From positions 27,156,001 through 27,220,000 of the forward strand of contig NC_082712.1 in NCBI RefSeq assembly GCF_030144855.1: a stretch of 64,000 nucleotides of DNA, read 5' to 3'. Below the pieces are notes generated by a model. It did not search any database and was not told the DNA's origin. It worked only from the letters and a program-made list of their open reading frames with translations. Position numbers and translations under genes: made by a program. Source of the DNA: Hypanus sabinus. Its lineage: Eukaryota. Below are positions 1-12,645 of the stretch, piece by piece. How positions within the stretch are numbered: the first letter of the stretch is position 1; each line of letters starts with the position of its first letter.

Positions 1-538
1 GGATGAATACTGGAGGGCAGCAGAGTTGAGGTGGTGGGCTTGAGAGTGAGGAACAAGCTGATGTTTGGTCCGTTTAAGCACCAGGCCAGATTGGAAAGGT
101 TAGGTATGGGCCAAATCACGGCAATGGGGCCTGGACTTGAGAGCAAGGAACAAGTCAAAATTTACCCAATTTAAATGCTGTCCTAGATTGAAAAGGTCAG
201 GGTGTTGGAGTTAGAGGAGAGGGAGAGGCTGGTGTTCAACTTGCTGCTTGGTGAGATTTGCTTGTCTCTGCGCTAAATTGAGGCTGTGGTCTACAACTAA
301 TGGGCTCCTGGATCAGCTATGACGTCATTGTTGTGGACTTACTTTTGTGAACTTTGGTTCTGAATGTTATTTGTTTATTTTTATTCTTTGTATGATTTGT
401 TTTTTCCTCTGCACATTGGGTCTTCTTTGTTTTAATGTGGTCTATTGGCTTTCTTTGATCTGTGGCTGCCTGTAAGGAGATGAATCTCAAAGTTATATAT
501 TGTATCCATAGCTTGATAATAAATATACTTTGAAATTT
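1..538 (+). mobile_element. Non-autonomous retroelement with Rex1/Babar-type 3' tail (5' end outside the window)
   Basis: Ends in GTGGCTGCCTGTAAGGAGATGAATCTCAAAGTT...TTGATAATAAATATACTTTGAA, the tail type seen on the Rex-type LINEs at 43225-44125 and 50200-50690. The internal motif GATTGAAAAGGTCAGGG recurs in reverse at ~23335-23355. Confidence 0.6.
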
Positions 539-544
539 AAAAAT

Positions 545-942
545 AGTCACAATACTCCAAATGTTGCGTGACCAGTGCCTTAAAAAACCTCAGCAATACA
601 TCCTTGCTTTTATATTCTAGTCTTCTTGAAATGAATGCTAATATTGCATTTCCCTTTGACTCAACCTGTGAGGTAACCATTCAGGAATCCTGCACTAGGA
701 TTCCCAAGTCCATTCGCACCTCCAATTTCTGAATCCCACTCCATTTAAAAAATATGTCCTCTTTTTTGTGTTTATGCTGCCTTATTCCTTCTATCAAACT
801 GCATGATTCTCCTCATCTATCTGTCCTTCTGTAAACTCCCCACTCCCTTAACACTTCTTGCCCCTCTACCTATCTTTGTGTCATTCACAAACTTGGCCAC
901 AAATTCTTCAAATCTGTCATCCAGATCATTGATGTATAAAGT
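545..942 (-). mobile_element. CR1 LINE ORF2 (RT C-terminal) fragment
   Basis: Reverse complement resembles the + strand CR1 copies at 17400-17800 and 18620-19050 (GGCCAAGTTTGTGAATGACACAAAGATAGG, FADDTKI-like). Confidence 0.8.
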
Positions 943-946
943 AATT

Positions 947-1845
947 TGTAACCTGGGGAAAAAAGTACATACTCAGGACAACAAATACTTTTTTGGGTCT
1001 TTAAATCCTTTATCTGCTTTAGGTATTTATTTTAATGCAGAAAGAGGGGATCAAAATAAAAACAACAAAATGTATTTTATAACAAACACAGTCCCCGCTG
1101 TTACACACACTGTCAGTCCACACACTTGTGTATCAACTAGTTATGTATGCAGTATGAAAATAAATGTATAAAACCAATACAGTAGTGGCAATTCTAAAAA
1201 AAAATACAAACCACAATAGAATCTCACCAAACCCATACCTCATACACAACATGAGAAATATGAATAAATACATCTCATCTTAACTAAGAGGTATACACAC
1301 ATATTGGCTAGACCCTGAAACGAATTCCCCTCACTCACACTACATGATCAAAGATCAACAGATTCACATTACTCAGTTACATTCACATTCGGTCATGAAA
1401 CAATAAAGGTAAACAAAACTAAAATTTTACAAAAACTTTAACAATGTATTGCCTTGTAGTTAAAACCACTAGAAAGTCTAACCCACTCGGCCAATAAAGA
1501 ACTTCGCACAACCATGCCATCCAGTGCCGATACCTTTAACTCGCAAAAATCTAAAACCTCTGCATGTAAAACATGTCAAATTACTGATATTTTAGATTTA
1601 CAAACAAGTATAAATGAACTTACATGGATATTATCAAATCTTATTCCCCTTTCCTCACAATACGACCAATACTCGTCATACTCAATGTTCATTCTAGAAC
1701 ATTGTAACTCTTCTTTCTACTCCACTCATGCATAATGATGTCACCGTTTTCTCTTAAAGGCACAGGTACCTATTTTAGTATTCAGGGTGTATACACAAGT
1801 GCACTTTAACAGTAAGAAATCATATTCAACAGTCACCTGTTTACA
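947..1845. mobile_element. Candidate solo LTR inserted in CR1
   Basis: An 899 bp AT-rich non-coding block interrupts a CR1. Its termini are TGTAAC...TTTACA (TG..CA inverted ends), and it contains CTTAAAGGCACAG. No clean TSD is visible. Confidence 0.45.
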
Positions 1846-1847
1846 GT

Positions 1848-2845
1848 GAAAAGAAGTAGAACAACGAGTGACAAGTAAAGGCCCCCTTTATTCCCATTCC
1901 TTGCCTTCTGCAGGCCAGCCAATCATCTATCCATGCTAGTACCTTTCCTATTTAGCAGCCTTGTGTGTGGCAGTTTGTCAAAGACCTTCAGAGAATCCAA
2001 ATAAACAACATCCACTGACTTCTCCTTCGTCTATTTGGCCTGTTATTTCCTCAAAGAATTCCAACAAATTTGACAGGCAAGAATTCCCCTTAAGAAAACC
2101 ATGCCGACTTCTGCCTATTTTATTGTGTGCCCCGAAGCACCTTGAAACCTCATCCTTAATGATGGAGTTCAACAAATTCTCAACCACTGTAGTCAGGCTA
2201 ACTGGCCTATAATTTCCTGTGTTTTGCCTCCCTCCCTTCTTAAGGACTGGAGTGACATTTTCCTGACCTCTGGAGCCGTTCCAGGATCTAGTGATTCTGG
2301 AAAGAACATTATTCATGCTGCCGCAATCTCTTCAGCTACCTCTTTCAGAATCCTGGGGTGTAGTCTATCTGGTCCAAATGACTTAACGACCTTAGAACTT
2401 TCAGCTACTCAAGCACCTTCTTCTTTGTAATGGTGGCTACACTCACCTTTGTCCCACCACTCTCCAATTTCCAGCATACTGCTGGTGTCTTCCACGATGA
2501 ATATTGATACAAAATACTTACTGAGTCTGTTCGCCATTTCTTTGTTCCCCCATTGCTACCTGTCCAATGTCTTTTTCCAGTAGCCTAACATCCATTCTTG
2601 TCTGTCTTTTACTCTCTATCTATATATCTGAAAAAACAACTTTTAGTGTCCTCTTTCAGATTATTGGTTTACCTTCATATTTCATCTTTTCTCTTCTCCT
2701 GGCTTTTTTTTACTTGCCTTCTGTTGGTTTTTAACAGCATCACAATCCTCGAGCTTCCCACTAATTTTTGCTATATTGTATGCCCTCTCCTTTGTTTTTA
2801 TGCCACCTTTGACTTCCCTTGTCAGCCACAGTTGCCCCATCCTCA
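1848..2845 (-). mobile_element. CR1 LINE ORF2 fragment (RT N-terminal region), continuation of 545-942
   Basis: ORF 1978-2316: NVTPVLKKGGRQNTGNYRPVSLTTVVENLL...HGFLKGNSCLSNLLEFFEEIT, a classic CR1 RT signature. Confidence 0.9.
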
Positions 2846-3639
2846 TTTAGAACTGATGTAATCAATATTGTATGATTTCAGCCCCACCAGTATATACAGA
2901 GCTCTATTAAAGAGAAAAATAGATAGGATAAGCGGTGCAAAGCACCACTCATTGTTCTCCCACCATCTCTTCCCTGTAAAGTTTAATGATACAGAAAATA
3001 AATTGTCTGGAAAATTAAAACAAAAATCACATTGAACTGCCAAGGCAGTGCAAATGGAATTTTTGAGCACTTTGACAAACTGATGCACATTGGTGATAAA
3101 CAAGACTTTTTTGCCTTTCAGATTTTATTGTACTTAACACTTAAACCAGCAAATTAATTTAAATTTTGGCAGCAAGAAAGACTGTAACCATACAGGAGGA
3201 CAATCTTCTCCCCCCTCCCCCTCCAGTCAGGGTATAAAGACAAAATATTTTAATGTACATTTTAAGCCTACTTTCAAAAAAAAAGGTGAATGAGCCTTTT
3301 TAAAAATATTTGTGCCTACTTGTCAGCACTGTTTTACACTTTCACTTTCTAGGTGGATAGCATGGATTCATTTTTATTATTATTCTTACAGCAGAGTACA
3401 AACATCATAATGTCAAAGAAATGTACAGCATAGAAATAGTCCTGTCAGCCCACCACATCTAACCTGATCTTTAAGCCCATCTGCACATATTCTATTTACC
3501 CCATTAGGACATATCCTTCAAAGCCTTCCCTGTTTCAGTGTCTATTTAATTACCTCTTAAATGTAGTAATTGACTTCACTTTTGGCAGCTTTCACCCTGA
3601 TCTCATATTCAGTTTTCCAGTACAGTAGCTTTCAAAAAA

Positions 3640-3790
3640 TCAAAAGGGACTGCAGATGCTGGACATCAGAAATAAAATCAGGAAATGCTGGAAGTACCCA
3701 GCATGTCGGGCAGCATCCATGTTAAGATGAGCAATCAATGTTCCAGGTCTTCAGCCCAATCTCAGAACATGAACGTTCATTTCTGTGTGC
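3640..3790 (-). mobile_element. Decayed Penelope-derived short repeat (3' end)
   Basis: CTGCAGATGCTGG...AAATGCTGGAAGTACCCAGCATGTCGGGCAGCATCCAT matches the 3' end of the Penelope copies at 53581-54082 and 56078-56935. Confidence 0.65.
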
Positions 3791-4034
3791 CTAAAAAAAA
3801 AAAGAAAATGTATCATGGGATTATTAGCAAACAAAAGAAAAAGATACTAACCCACAGAAGGCGATAAAGTCTGGAAATCATAATCATTTTCCGTCACAAT
3901 ATTTCACTTTGTCATTTTTCAAACAGATCAGGCCTCAATATGAACTGTCCTTTGTATGTCACTTGTGTTAAAAGAAAAATCCATGACCACATTATGTACC
4001 CCCAAGTGAAACACAACTGATAATTTTTTAAAAA

Positions 4035-4750
4035 TTTCAAATTTCAAAGTAAAATTTATTATCAGGGTACATACATGTCACCAAATACAGCCCTGAGATT
4101 CTATAGCAAATCTATAAAACAATAACTATAAATAGGATCAATGAGCAACAAACTGTGCAAATGCAAATATAAGTAAATAGCAATAAATAACGAGAGCATG
4201 AAATAATAAGATCAAGAGTCTTTAAAATGACCCCATCGGTTGCCAGGACACCAGAAGTAAAATGAATACAGTTATCCCTTTTGTCAGGAGCTTGATCATT
4301 TTGGGATAGTAACTGTTCTTGAACCTGATGGTGTGAGTCCTGAGGCACTTGTTTCTTCTACCTGATGGCAGAAGCAAGGAAAGAGCATGGCCTGGTTGTT
4401 GAGGATCTTTGATGATGGTTGCTGTTTTTTTTCGGCAATGTTTCATGTAGAAGTACTCAATGGTTAGGAAGGATCCAAATCCATTATGTTTTGTAGGATT
4501 TTCCAATCAAAGGCATTGGTGTTCCCATACTAGGCCATAATGCAGCCAGTCATCACACTTTACACCCACACATCTTTAGAAGTTTGTCGAGGTTTTGATG
4601 ATATGCTGAACCTCTGCAGATTCCTGAGGAAGTAGAGGTGCTGTCGTGCTTTCTTTACAATTATGTTTATATGATTAGACCAGGACAGGTCCTCTGAGAT
4701 AGTAACGCCCGGGAATTTAAAGTTACTGACCCTTTCATCCTGTGATCCTT
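4035..4750 (-). mobile_element. Rex1/Babar LINE 3' fragment
   Basis: ORF 4222-4506 contains IIKDPQQPGHALSLLLPSGRRNKCLRTHTIRFKNSYYP. The tail reads TTCAAAGTAAAATTTATTATC on +. Confidence 0.85.
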
Positions 4751-4759
4751 TGACCGTGC

Positions 4760-5030
4760 ACAGCTGTATCCCACAGACAAGAAAGTTATTTGTGATGTTG
4801 TTTTTACAGTCATGTCAATTGATGATTAAATATTGATTGGACACTTGCCTTGTACTTCAAGTAAAGTTTTCAGACTTTTGTATTAAGCTGGGAATGGAGA
4901 AAGGTAGTCATGGTTTTTGTGTAATACTTCTCAATTCCAACTGACTACCTATTGTAGGACAACATTTCCTTGATATTGTGCAAGTTCTCACTTTAGTCAT
5001 TCAAGTGATGTTACAGCATCTCAAGTTTCA
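4760..5030 (-). mobile_element. Ancient Deu-domain SINE relic (SacSINE1/AmnSINE-like)
   Basis: Degenerate matches to the recalled Deu consensus on the reverse strand (CCCACAGACAAG..., GATTAAATATTGATTGGACAC, GATATTGTGCAAGTTCTC). Highly diverged. Confidence 0.4.
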
Positions 5031-5214
5031 GCTGCCCAGGGGTACCTCTTGGTCAAGATTGTTTCCTTACCTTTCTAGTCAGGAAGAAAACAATGCAGAT
5101 TTATTTTTTCTCTGTGGTCACCAGCAGTAAGTGACATGAGAGAAGATCCCATTGCATTTCACTATCTTTGCTGCCCTCAGGTGAGGAACAAATTATAGAA
5201 AACAGAAAAATGTT

Positions 5215-5315
5215 GAGTCCTGAGGAAGGGTCTCGGCCCAAAACGTCAACAGCGCTTCTCCCTATAGATGCTGTCTGACCTTCTGCATTCCACCAGCATT
5301 TTGTGTGTGTTGCTT
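5215..5315 (+). mobile_element. 101 bp Penelope-derived insertion starting at a hammerhead motif
   Basis: AGTC-CTGAGGA-AGGGTCTCGGCCC-AAAA-CGTC-AAC (GAAA mutated to AAAA), followed by the shared 3' end. 8 bp TSD AAAATGTT at 5207-5214 and 5316-5323. Confidence 0.85.
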
Positions 5316-5339
5316 AAAATGTTTTGTTATTCAAGAAGG

Positions 5340-5620
5340 GCAGCAGAGATAGTTCGATTCCTGCCACAGTTTATAAAGATTTTGTAAGTTCTCCATGTGA
5401 CTGTGTGGGTTTCTTCCAATTTCCACCCGCATCCCAAAGGCATATGGACTAGGGTTAGTAAGTACGCATGGGCATGCTTTGTTGGTGTTGGTTACATGGT
5501 GACATTTATGAGCTGTCCCCAACACATCTCACTGATTTGATTTCACACAAATGGAACATTTTAGTGTATATGTCGACGTACATGTGACAAATAAAGCTAA
5601 TTGTTATCTTTATCTTTAGA
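5340..5620 (+). mobile_element. tRNA-derived V-domain SINE (HE1-like)
   Basis: B-box-like GTTCGATTCC, V-domain-like GTTCTCCATGTGACTGTGTGGGTTTCTTCC, and a tail of AATAAAGCTAA plus (TATCTT)n. Confidence 0.7.
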
Positions 5621-5689
5621 TAATTAAAAGACTGTGAGTCTAATATCAATGGTAGGGAAGTTGTTGAAAAAAGACCCAACAGTATTTAT

Positions 5690-5945
5690 TTGTTGAGATA
5701 CAGCTCGAAAAAGCCCTTTCCAGCCCTTCGATCCACGCCACGCAGCAATCTTCCAACTTCATCTTAGCCTAATCATGGGACTATTTACAATCACTAAATG
5801 ACCTACTTATATCTTTGGACTGTGGGAAATGCACATAGTCGCAGGAAGAACGTACAAACTCCTTACAGGCTGTGGTGGGGATTGAACCCTGATCACCTGT
5901 ACTGTAAAGCATGGTGCTAACCACTACTCTACCATGCCACCCAGT
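5690..5945 (-). mobile_element. tRNA-derived V-domain SINE
   Basis: GAAGAACGTACAAACTCCTTACAG...GGGATTGAACCC...GCTAACCACTACTCTACCATGCCACC on + is the reverse of a tRNA-like head with A/B boxes. Confidence 0.75.
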
Positions 5946-6394
5946 ATTAATGTACATCTGGAAGGTAGGGGTTAGTCAAAAATAATCAGATCAGCTTTGT
6001 TATATTAAGATCGTACCTGTCTAATTTGTTTGAATTTTTCAGTTGATTGATGAGGGGAGTATGGTTGATATAGTCTTTATGGTGTTCAACAAACCACTTG
6101 CAAAATAGCTTCAAAAGAGAGGAGCCCATGGGATTGAATGAAATTAGGCTCAATATAGCCTTGATCTTAGAAGGCAGGGGCAAAGGAAAAGTGCTGTTTT
6201 TGTAGTTAGAAGCCTGTGACCAATAGTACTGTATTTGGATGTGAATATGTAGGTTATGATTAATAAGTTTGTGGTTTATATGAAAATTGTGAGAAGGGTA
6301 GTCCGAGCCTTTTGGTCTATGTTGATGAGTTGGTGAGATGGCAGATAGCATTTCTTCCAAGTAAATATGACATGATGCATTTTGGAATGGCTAA

Positions 6395-6695
6395 CAAGTC
6401 AAGTCAAGTCACTTTTTTTTTGTTATTTTGACCATAACTGCTGGTACAGTACACAATAAAAACGAAACAACATTTTTCAGGACCACGGTGCTACATGAAA
6501 CAGTACAAAAACTACACTGAACTATGTGAAAACAACACAGAAGAAAAATTACACTAGACTACAGACCAGGACTGCATAAAGTGCACAAAACAATGCAGGT
6601 ATTACAATAAATAATAAGCAAGACAATAGGCACAGTAGAGGACAGTATGTTGGTGACAGTCCGGTCTCTGGGTATTGAGGAATCTGATAGCTTGA
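6395..6695 (-). mobile_element. Rex1/Babar-type 3' end
   Basis: (CAAGT)n tail on + followed by the 3' UTR. Confidence 0.65.
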
Positions 6696-7054
6696 AAGCT
6701 GAAAGATATATAGAATAAATGGCAGAACTGAATGTTCTGTAAGGTTCAAGGATCCCTGAAAAAGACAGCAGAGGTAAATTATATTGTATAGAAGACAGGT
6801 TACAGAATATGAGAGCAGAGTGATAATACCACTGTGTACAGCATTAAGTAGACTTCGGTTGGAGCACTGTCCATTTCTGGTCACCGCACAACAGGAAGGA
6901 AGTGCTTGGCACTAGAGATGGTACAGAAGAGTTTCCCAAAGATGTTGTCTAGAATATTTCCGTTATAAAGATAGACCTAAAAGGGTGAGCTTGCTTTCCT
7001 CATTGTGGAGGAGGCTGAGGGGAAGCTGACTGAGACATGCCAAATTATGAATTG

Positions 7055-7670
7055 ACTTTATTTCTTACATCCTTCACATACGTGAAGAGTATAAATATTT
7101 ATGTTACATCTCTGGCTAAATGTGCGATGTGCAATTTATTTGTAATAAATTGTAATAAATTTATAAATTTATTATATACATTTATAAAAGTCATTTGTAA
7201 TAAGTAGTATGTACAACAGGACAGTCAATATAGCATAGAAATACAATTGTGTCGGCGTGATGGCCTGGTGGAAGAAGCTGTGTCGGAGCCTGCTGGTCCT
7301 GGTTTTAGTGCTGTGGTACCATTTCCCATTTGGTAGCAGCTGGAACAGGTTATGGTTGGGGTGACTCAGGTCCCCAATGACCCTTTGGGCCCTTTTAATG
7401 CACCTACCTCTGTAAATGTCCTGAATAGTGGGAAGTTCACTTCTTCAGATGTGCTGGGCAGTCCACACCACTCTCTGCAGAGTCCTGTGATTGAGGGAGT
7501 TACAGGCTTGTACCAAGTGTGAATGCAGCCAGTCAGGATGCTCTCAATTGTGCCTCTATAAGAAGTCCTTAGGATTTGGGGAATCATGCCAAACTTCTTC
7601 AACTGCCTGTAGTGAAAGAGGTGCTCTTGTGCTTTTTCAACCACTCAGCCAGTATGTACAGACCAGGTGA
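7055..7670 (-). mobile_element. Rex1/Babar LINE 3' fragment
   Basis: ORF 7366-7644: VEKAQEHLFHYRQLKKFGMIPQILRTSYRGTIESILTGCI. Confidence 0.9.
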
Positions 7671-7989
7671 GTGGCATAGATACCTGTAGGATGAATAATG
7701 AGAAACTTTTCATTAAAGCAAAGGTGATTCAAACTAGAGGGCATGGATTTAAGATAAATAGAAGGAGATTTAGAGGGAACCTGAGGAAGAATTTTTTTTC
7801 ACCCAGTGGATGCTTGAAAAAGCAAAACAAAGTATTTTGATGTGCACTTGAATTATCAAACCATAAAATGAGAATGGTCAAGTGTTGGAAAATAGGACCA
7901 GTATAGAATGGTACTGAATGCTTGGCATGTGGTGGGCCGTAGGTTCCTGTTGCTTCACTGTCTAAGAGAATGTCAGTCTCATTAGCTTC

Positions 7990-8350
7990 CAAAGGATGCA
8001 AAGTACATTCATTATCAGAGAATGGATAAATTATACAACCTTGAGATTCATCTGCTTAGAGGCAGCCACAAAGCAAGAAACCCAAAACAAAGCAAGTTCA
8101 TCACTCAATGTGCAGAGAAAGAGAAATAAAATACAAATCTTGCTAACAATTACAGCAAGAAACAGCATTTTGAACCAAAGGCCCGGAGCAGCCGGAGTAG
8201 TTCCATAGCCTCAGTCTCGGTTCATCACACAATGGGGCAAATTGCTGTGAATTTCACAGACATGAAGCGTGTAGAATGTGGAGCAGCCTCACAGCCTCAC
8301 AGCCTCAGTGCCACAGAGAGATGAGTGAACAACGTGGAGAGAAGAACAGA
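7990..8350 (-). mobile_element. Non-autonomous element with Rex-type tail
   Basis: CAAAGTACATTCATTATCAGAG...ACAACCTTGAGATTCATCTGCTTAGAGGCAGCCAC is the reverse of the tail at 460-535. Confidence 0.65.
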
Positions 8351-9689
8351 ATAAGCCTTACTGACATGCAGTTCCTCTAACCAAGGACTTATTTTGTCTC
8401 ATTATATCAAACATACTTTAAATGAAAATCTTCTTAAGCCTATCCTTGTTCAAGTATTCTCATGTTTTCTGTATTTAAGCTGTGTTTTGCTTGTTTGAAA
8501 ATGAACAGTTAATGAGACGATCCACCAGTACAAGGATTCATTTGGAAGCACATATTTGCAAGGTTACCAGTGAAACGAAGCCACAGTCCATCCTCTGCTG
8601 GGTTCATGATTCTATTTCCTAACTAACATCATTGCCTATTAATTCCTTCCAACCCTTCGCTGAAGAGAATGGTAGTTTTAGCTTCTGAGTACCTGCCGGT
8701 GAAAATTTCTTCTCAGTGTTAAACCTGACAAAAAAGATTAATCACTGATGGTCTAATGAAGAGATTCACGGATAGGTCAACAATTCCCAACGGATCCTGT
8801 AAGTTGCCGCTTCAAAAGTATGATGGGAAAGTGTTGACGGTAAAGTGGCATCCAGCCTTTTGAAGTGTCACCTTTCAAAATCTGTAAAATCGAATACTGT
8901 AAAGTGTAATGCAAGGGCGAAGCAGATTGGTAAAATGATCATTTTAAAAGCATCCCATGTCACGGTTATCATCTCACAAAACAGAATAAACCCAGGCATT
9001 AAAGTGTCTGATCAGCATGAAAACCAGTAAGAGAAAGAGGCAGATACCCCCAGCCTTATCTGGTTAGCACATTAAGTGGATTATTGGAGCTTTGCACTGT
9101 AATAGTTGTACTGAAGATCAGTGGCCTGCATGTTCCCAGTTTAAAGGACTTTTTCTTTACATTGTCTGAGGTAGAGTGGCAAGATGAGTTTGAAGTACCC
9201 TGCAATCGGGATCCATTTCTCAATTGAACCCGGGTCAGTCTGAGGCCATGTACGCATGCAAAATCTCAAGTGCAGTGAAATATACAGAAAGCACCCTACA
9301 AAATAGAAACCTTGGGCACTGGTCTTTAATGTGGTATCCAGTGAATACCTTTAAAATAGCTCCCATATTATTACCTAATTTGACTCATAATTTCCAGAAA
9401 TCAGCTACTGATTAGACACCCATTTGAACAGATGGCTATCTGGAAATTCATTCCCAGATGGGGGTTCTGAGTATGCTACATAGCTTTGCTGCTGTGGTGC
9501 ATTCTTGTGTTAAAATTCATACCACTGAAGTCAATGGAATTTAATATTCCAGGCACAAGACAGTGCATTGACATGACTATATATTGTGTTCAGTACAAAT
9601 GACCAGATATCAATTTCAAAGAAGCTATTTCTCTTTGGGTGCTCCCTAAATTAAATCAGTATTCTAAAGCTGCTGAAGCAAAGTTAACC

Positions 9690-10340
9690 CGACACATATG
9701 GTACGGAGGCGCCAATGCACAGGATCGCAAAAAGCTGCCATGTTGAAAACTCTTTAAGCTCCATCGTGGGCACTAGCCATTGAGGTTATCTTCAAGGCGG
9801 ATGCCTCAAAAAGGGCGACAGCCATTATTAAGGTCCCCACCATCCAGAACATGCCCACTTCTCATTGCTACCATAAGAGAGTAGGTACAGGAATCTAAAG
9901 GCACATGCTAAATGTTTTAGGAACAGCTTCATTCCCTCTGCGATAAGATTTCTGAACAGTCCGTGAACGCTACCCACTATTTTGTCCTCTTTGCACTGCT
10001 TAATTTTTTTATACATTTCTTTCTGTAACTCGAATTTTTTATGCTTTACACTGTATAGAGAAAAGTTGGAAGAGCTTGAGGCCTGTTGTCAGGCAAATAA
10101 CTGCTTCCTTAATGTCAACAAATCAAAGGAGATGGTTATCGACTTCAAGAGAACACAGACCACTCATACCAGCCTCTACATTGGTGGCACAGCAATGGAA
10201 CTGCAAGCAGTTTCAAACACCTGGGAGTCCACGTGACTCACAACATTTCATGGTCCCAGAACACGTCCTACACAGTTAAGGAATTTTACCAATGCCTCTT
10301 CTTTCTGAGGAAGCTGAAAAGAGCTGAACTTTACACATCC
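9690..10340 (+). mobile_element. Two adjacent Rex1/Babar fragments
   Basis: WYG..NAQDRKKL and HPEHAHFSLLP-type coding at 9690-10040. LEACCQANNCFLNVNKSKEMVIDFKR at 10070-10340. Confidence 0.8.
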
Positions 10341-10579
10341 CAATGATGTCTAGATGCTGAAAAATGAATAAATTAGAAGGAAAAACCACCATATGGAATC
10401 TATTTTCTCCTCAAGGGATTTCCAGTGTAATAACTATGAGAATATATATTTAATGCATATATAAATATGCAAGTATGTCTTTTTATATGACACTAATAAA
10501 TGTAGACATTGTTAAAATTGATGTACTCATTTGAAGTTTACAATATGCCCATGCTCCCAGTTCCATGCCCTAATGATAT

Positions 10580-10800
10580 CTCTGAGAACGTAGGGAGAAG
10601 ACATGCAAACACCACCATTTCCAACTCTGTGCGTGCCTGGAAATGCATTACCATTGTCACTGGGACAGAAACCTGTATCTCCCATTCTAATAGGAACAGA
10701 ACCCACATGTGCCCTGGCAGCTGAACACTGTCGCTGCAGAGATAATTAGGGATGGGGAATAATTACTGGCTTTGTCCATGGTACCAAAATGATTTTTGAA
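10580..10800 (+). mobile_element. 3' end of an old non-LTR (CR1/L2-group) LINE
   Basis: CCTGGAAATGCATTACCATTGTCACTGGG...AATTAGGGATGGGGAATAATTACTGGC, similar to the end of 36860-37280. Confidence 0.5.
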
Positions 10801-11287
10801 AAAATGCTCACACTCAGATTGAAGATGTTAGTTTAGGTAGCTTCAAGTGGAATCAGAACTGCTTTAAATGTATGAAGATGAGAAAATAGAAGCAGGAGTA
10901 GCCTACTTGGCCTCTTATGCCCACCCTGCTGTTCAATGGCTGATATGGCTACCTATGCAATCAGACATATCAAAAGCAAAATATAACATCTCTTGTGAAA
11001 TGCTGTAATTCTGGTTGTAAATTTCAATGATTCAATCCCTTCAATAAGATTTCAGATCTCAGCTGGATGCTCAAAAATAGTTCAGTACCAACTGAGTGAT
11101 CAGTCATTAAATGCAAATGTGTCTGAACAAACCGCCTGTTTTTTCTGATGGTAGTGCATCCCATTGTCAGGTCACTGGCTGCCTTGTAGTAATATATGAA
11201 GTGTTGATTTCAGCAACCAGTCCACGTGTTAAGTTTAGCAGGGGAAGAAATGAAGCAATATTGCAAACAGACTCTCACCCTTTTCCT

Positions 11288-11462
11288 AAATGCAAGAGAT
11301 TCCACAGATGCTGAAAACCTACAGCAACACACACAAAGATTCTGTCTTCTATCCTTTTCCTTTCCAGTCCTGGTGAAATGTCTCAGCCTGAAATGCTGAC
11401 TGTTTGTTCCTCTCCAGAGATGCTGCCTGACCTCTGGAGTTCCTCCAGCATTCTGTGCGTGT
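11288..11462 (+). mobile_element. Penelope-derived short element with inverted 5' segment and degenerate hammerhead
   Basis: 11288-11340 is an inverted copy of the family 3' end. CAGTC-CTGGTGA...GAAATGCT-GACTG at 11365-11402 keeps a perfect 5 bp helix I. Imperfect TSD TCACCCTTTTCCT / TCATCCTTTCCCT. Confidence 0.75.
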
Positions 11463-11532
11463 CATCCTTTCCCTTCTGTTCTCAGAAAAGTTCTATAATT
11501 TTTATTTGACATCAGGAATTATAAAAGAACTC

Positions 11533-11570
11533 TAATGAACCCATAATGAACCTATAATGAACCCATAATG
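11533..11570. repeat. 11 bp tandem repeat (TAATGAACCYA) x3.5
   Basis: Read directly from the sequence. Confidence 0.9.
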
Positions 11571-11959
11571 GTCTGAACAATGGAAAATCTATATCTGCTC
11601 TGTGGCATGATTTTGCCTTTATTCAAGTATATGGGAAATAATTTGATTGTATTTCTTTCCCCACCAATAGGATTTCACTGTACTTGAGTTTCACATAAAA
11701 AGATGATTGCAAACATAGAATGTGCTTCAGGACCCAGATTTTACTGATCAAACAATTTTGATTATGCTTTCTGGAATGATGAGAAATCTCAAGTGGGCAT
11801 TGAAAATGACAAACTCCAAAGCAATAGATGTAATAAATCATCATTTTAAATGCCTCTGGATTTTGTGGTTTATTTCACAGAATGGTTGCTATAACTGGTC
11901 ATTGGAGATACTTTGTATTATTTGAGGTGGAATTAGATTTTTTTTTAATAGATTAGAAT

Positions 11960-12645
11960 TGTTTTGCCTGTAGGACATAGTAAATGGAGCATATTTGGCC
12001 TGGAGACTGGTGACCAGTGGTGTTCTACAGGGATCTATTCTGGGATTTTTGTTTGCTGTGAATATTATAAATGACTTGAATGAGGAAGTGGAAGAGTAAG
12101 TTTGTAGATGACACCACAGTGGTGGTTTTGTGGATTGTGTAGAGGGTCATTGTTGGTTAGAACAGAACATTGATAAGATGCAGAACTATGCTGAGAAGTT
12201 GCCGATGGAATTCAGTTTTGAAAAGTGAAGTGATTCATGTTAGAAGATGAACTTGAAAGCAGAATACAGGGTTAATGGCAGGATCCTTAGCAGTGTGAAG
12301 GAACAGAGGGATCTTGAGGTCTGTGTCCATAGTTCCTTCAAAGTTGCCATGCAAGTTGGTAGGGCCATTAAGAAGACATATTGGCCTTCATTATTCGGAA
12401 GGATTGAGTTCAGGAACCAAGAGTAATGTTGCATGTCTATAAAATACTGGTTAGACCACACTTGGAGTATTTTGTTAAGTTCTGCTTGCGTCAAGATAAG
12501 GAAGCATGTGAAAGCTTTGGAGAGGGTGCAGAGGAGATTTTCCAGGATATTGCCTGGATTAGAAAGCGAGTCTTACGAGGAAAGGTTGAGTGAGCCAAGG
12601 CTTTTCACTTTGGAGTGAAGGAGGATGAGAGGTGTCTTGATAAAG
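11960..12645 (+). mobile_element. CR1 LINE RT C-terminal fragment
   Basis: VTSGVLQGS-like and FVDDT coding. ORF 12433-12618: KALERVQRRFSRILPGLESESYEERL. Confidence 0.85.

Larger units (their letters stand above)
5950..7960 (+). mobile_element. Old CR1 LINE fragmented by two Rex1/Babar insertions
   Basis: Degenerate CR1 RT and 3' pieces in order at ~5950-6395, ~6700-7055 and ~7680-7960 (AAAACTAGAGGGCATGGATTTAAG...GGAAGAATTTTTTTCACCCAG). Confidence 0.65.

Noticed and set aside
5340-5945. tRNA genes
   Set aside because: The A/B-box-like heads run into V-SINE bodies and no cloverleaf can be completed.
11533-11570. CRISPR-like repeat
   Set aside because: Contiguous 11 bp tandem units with no spacers.
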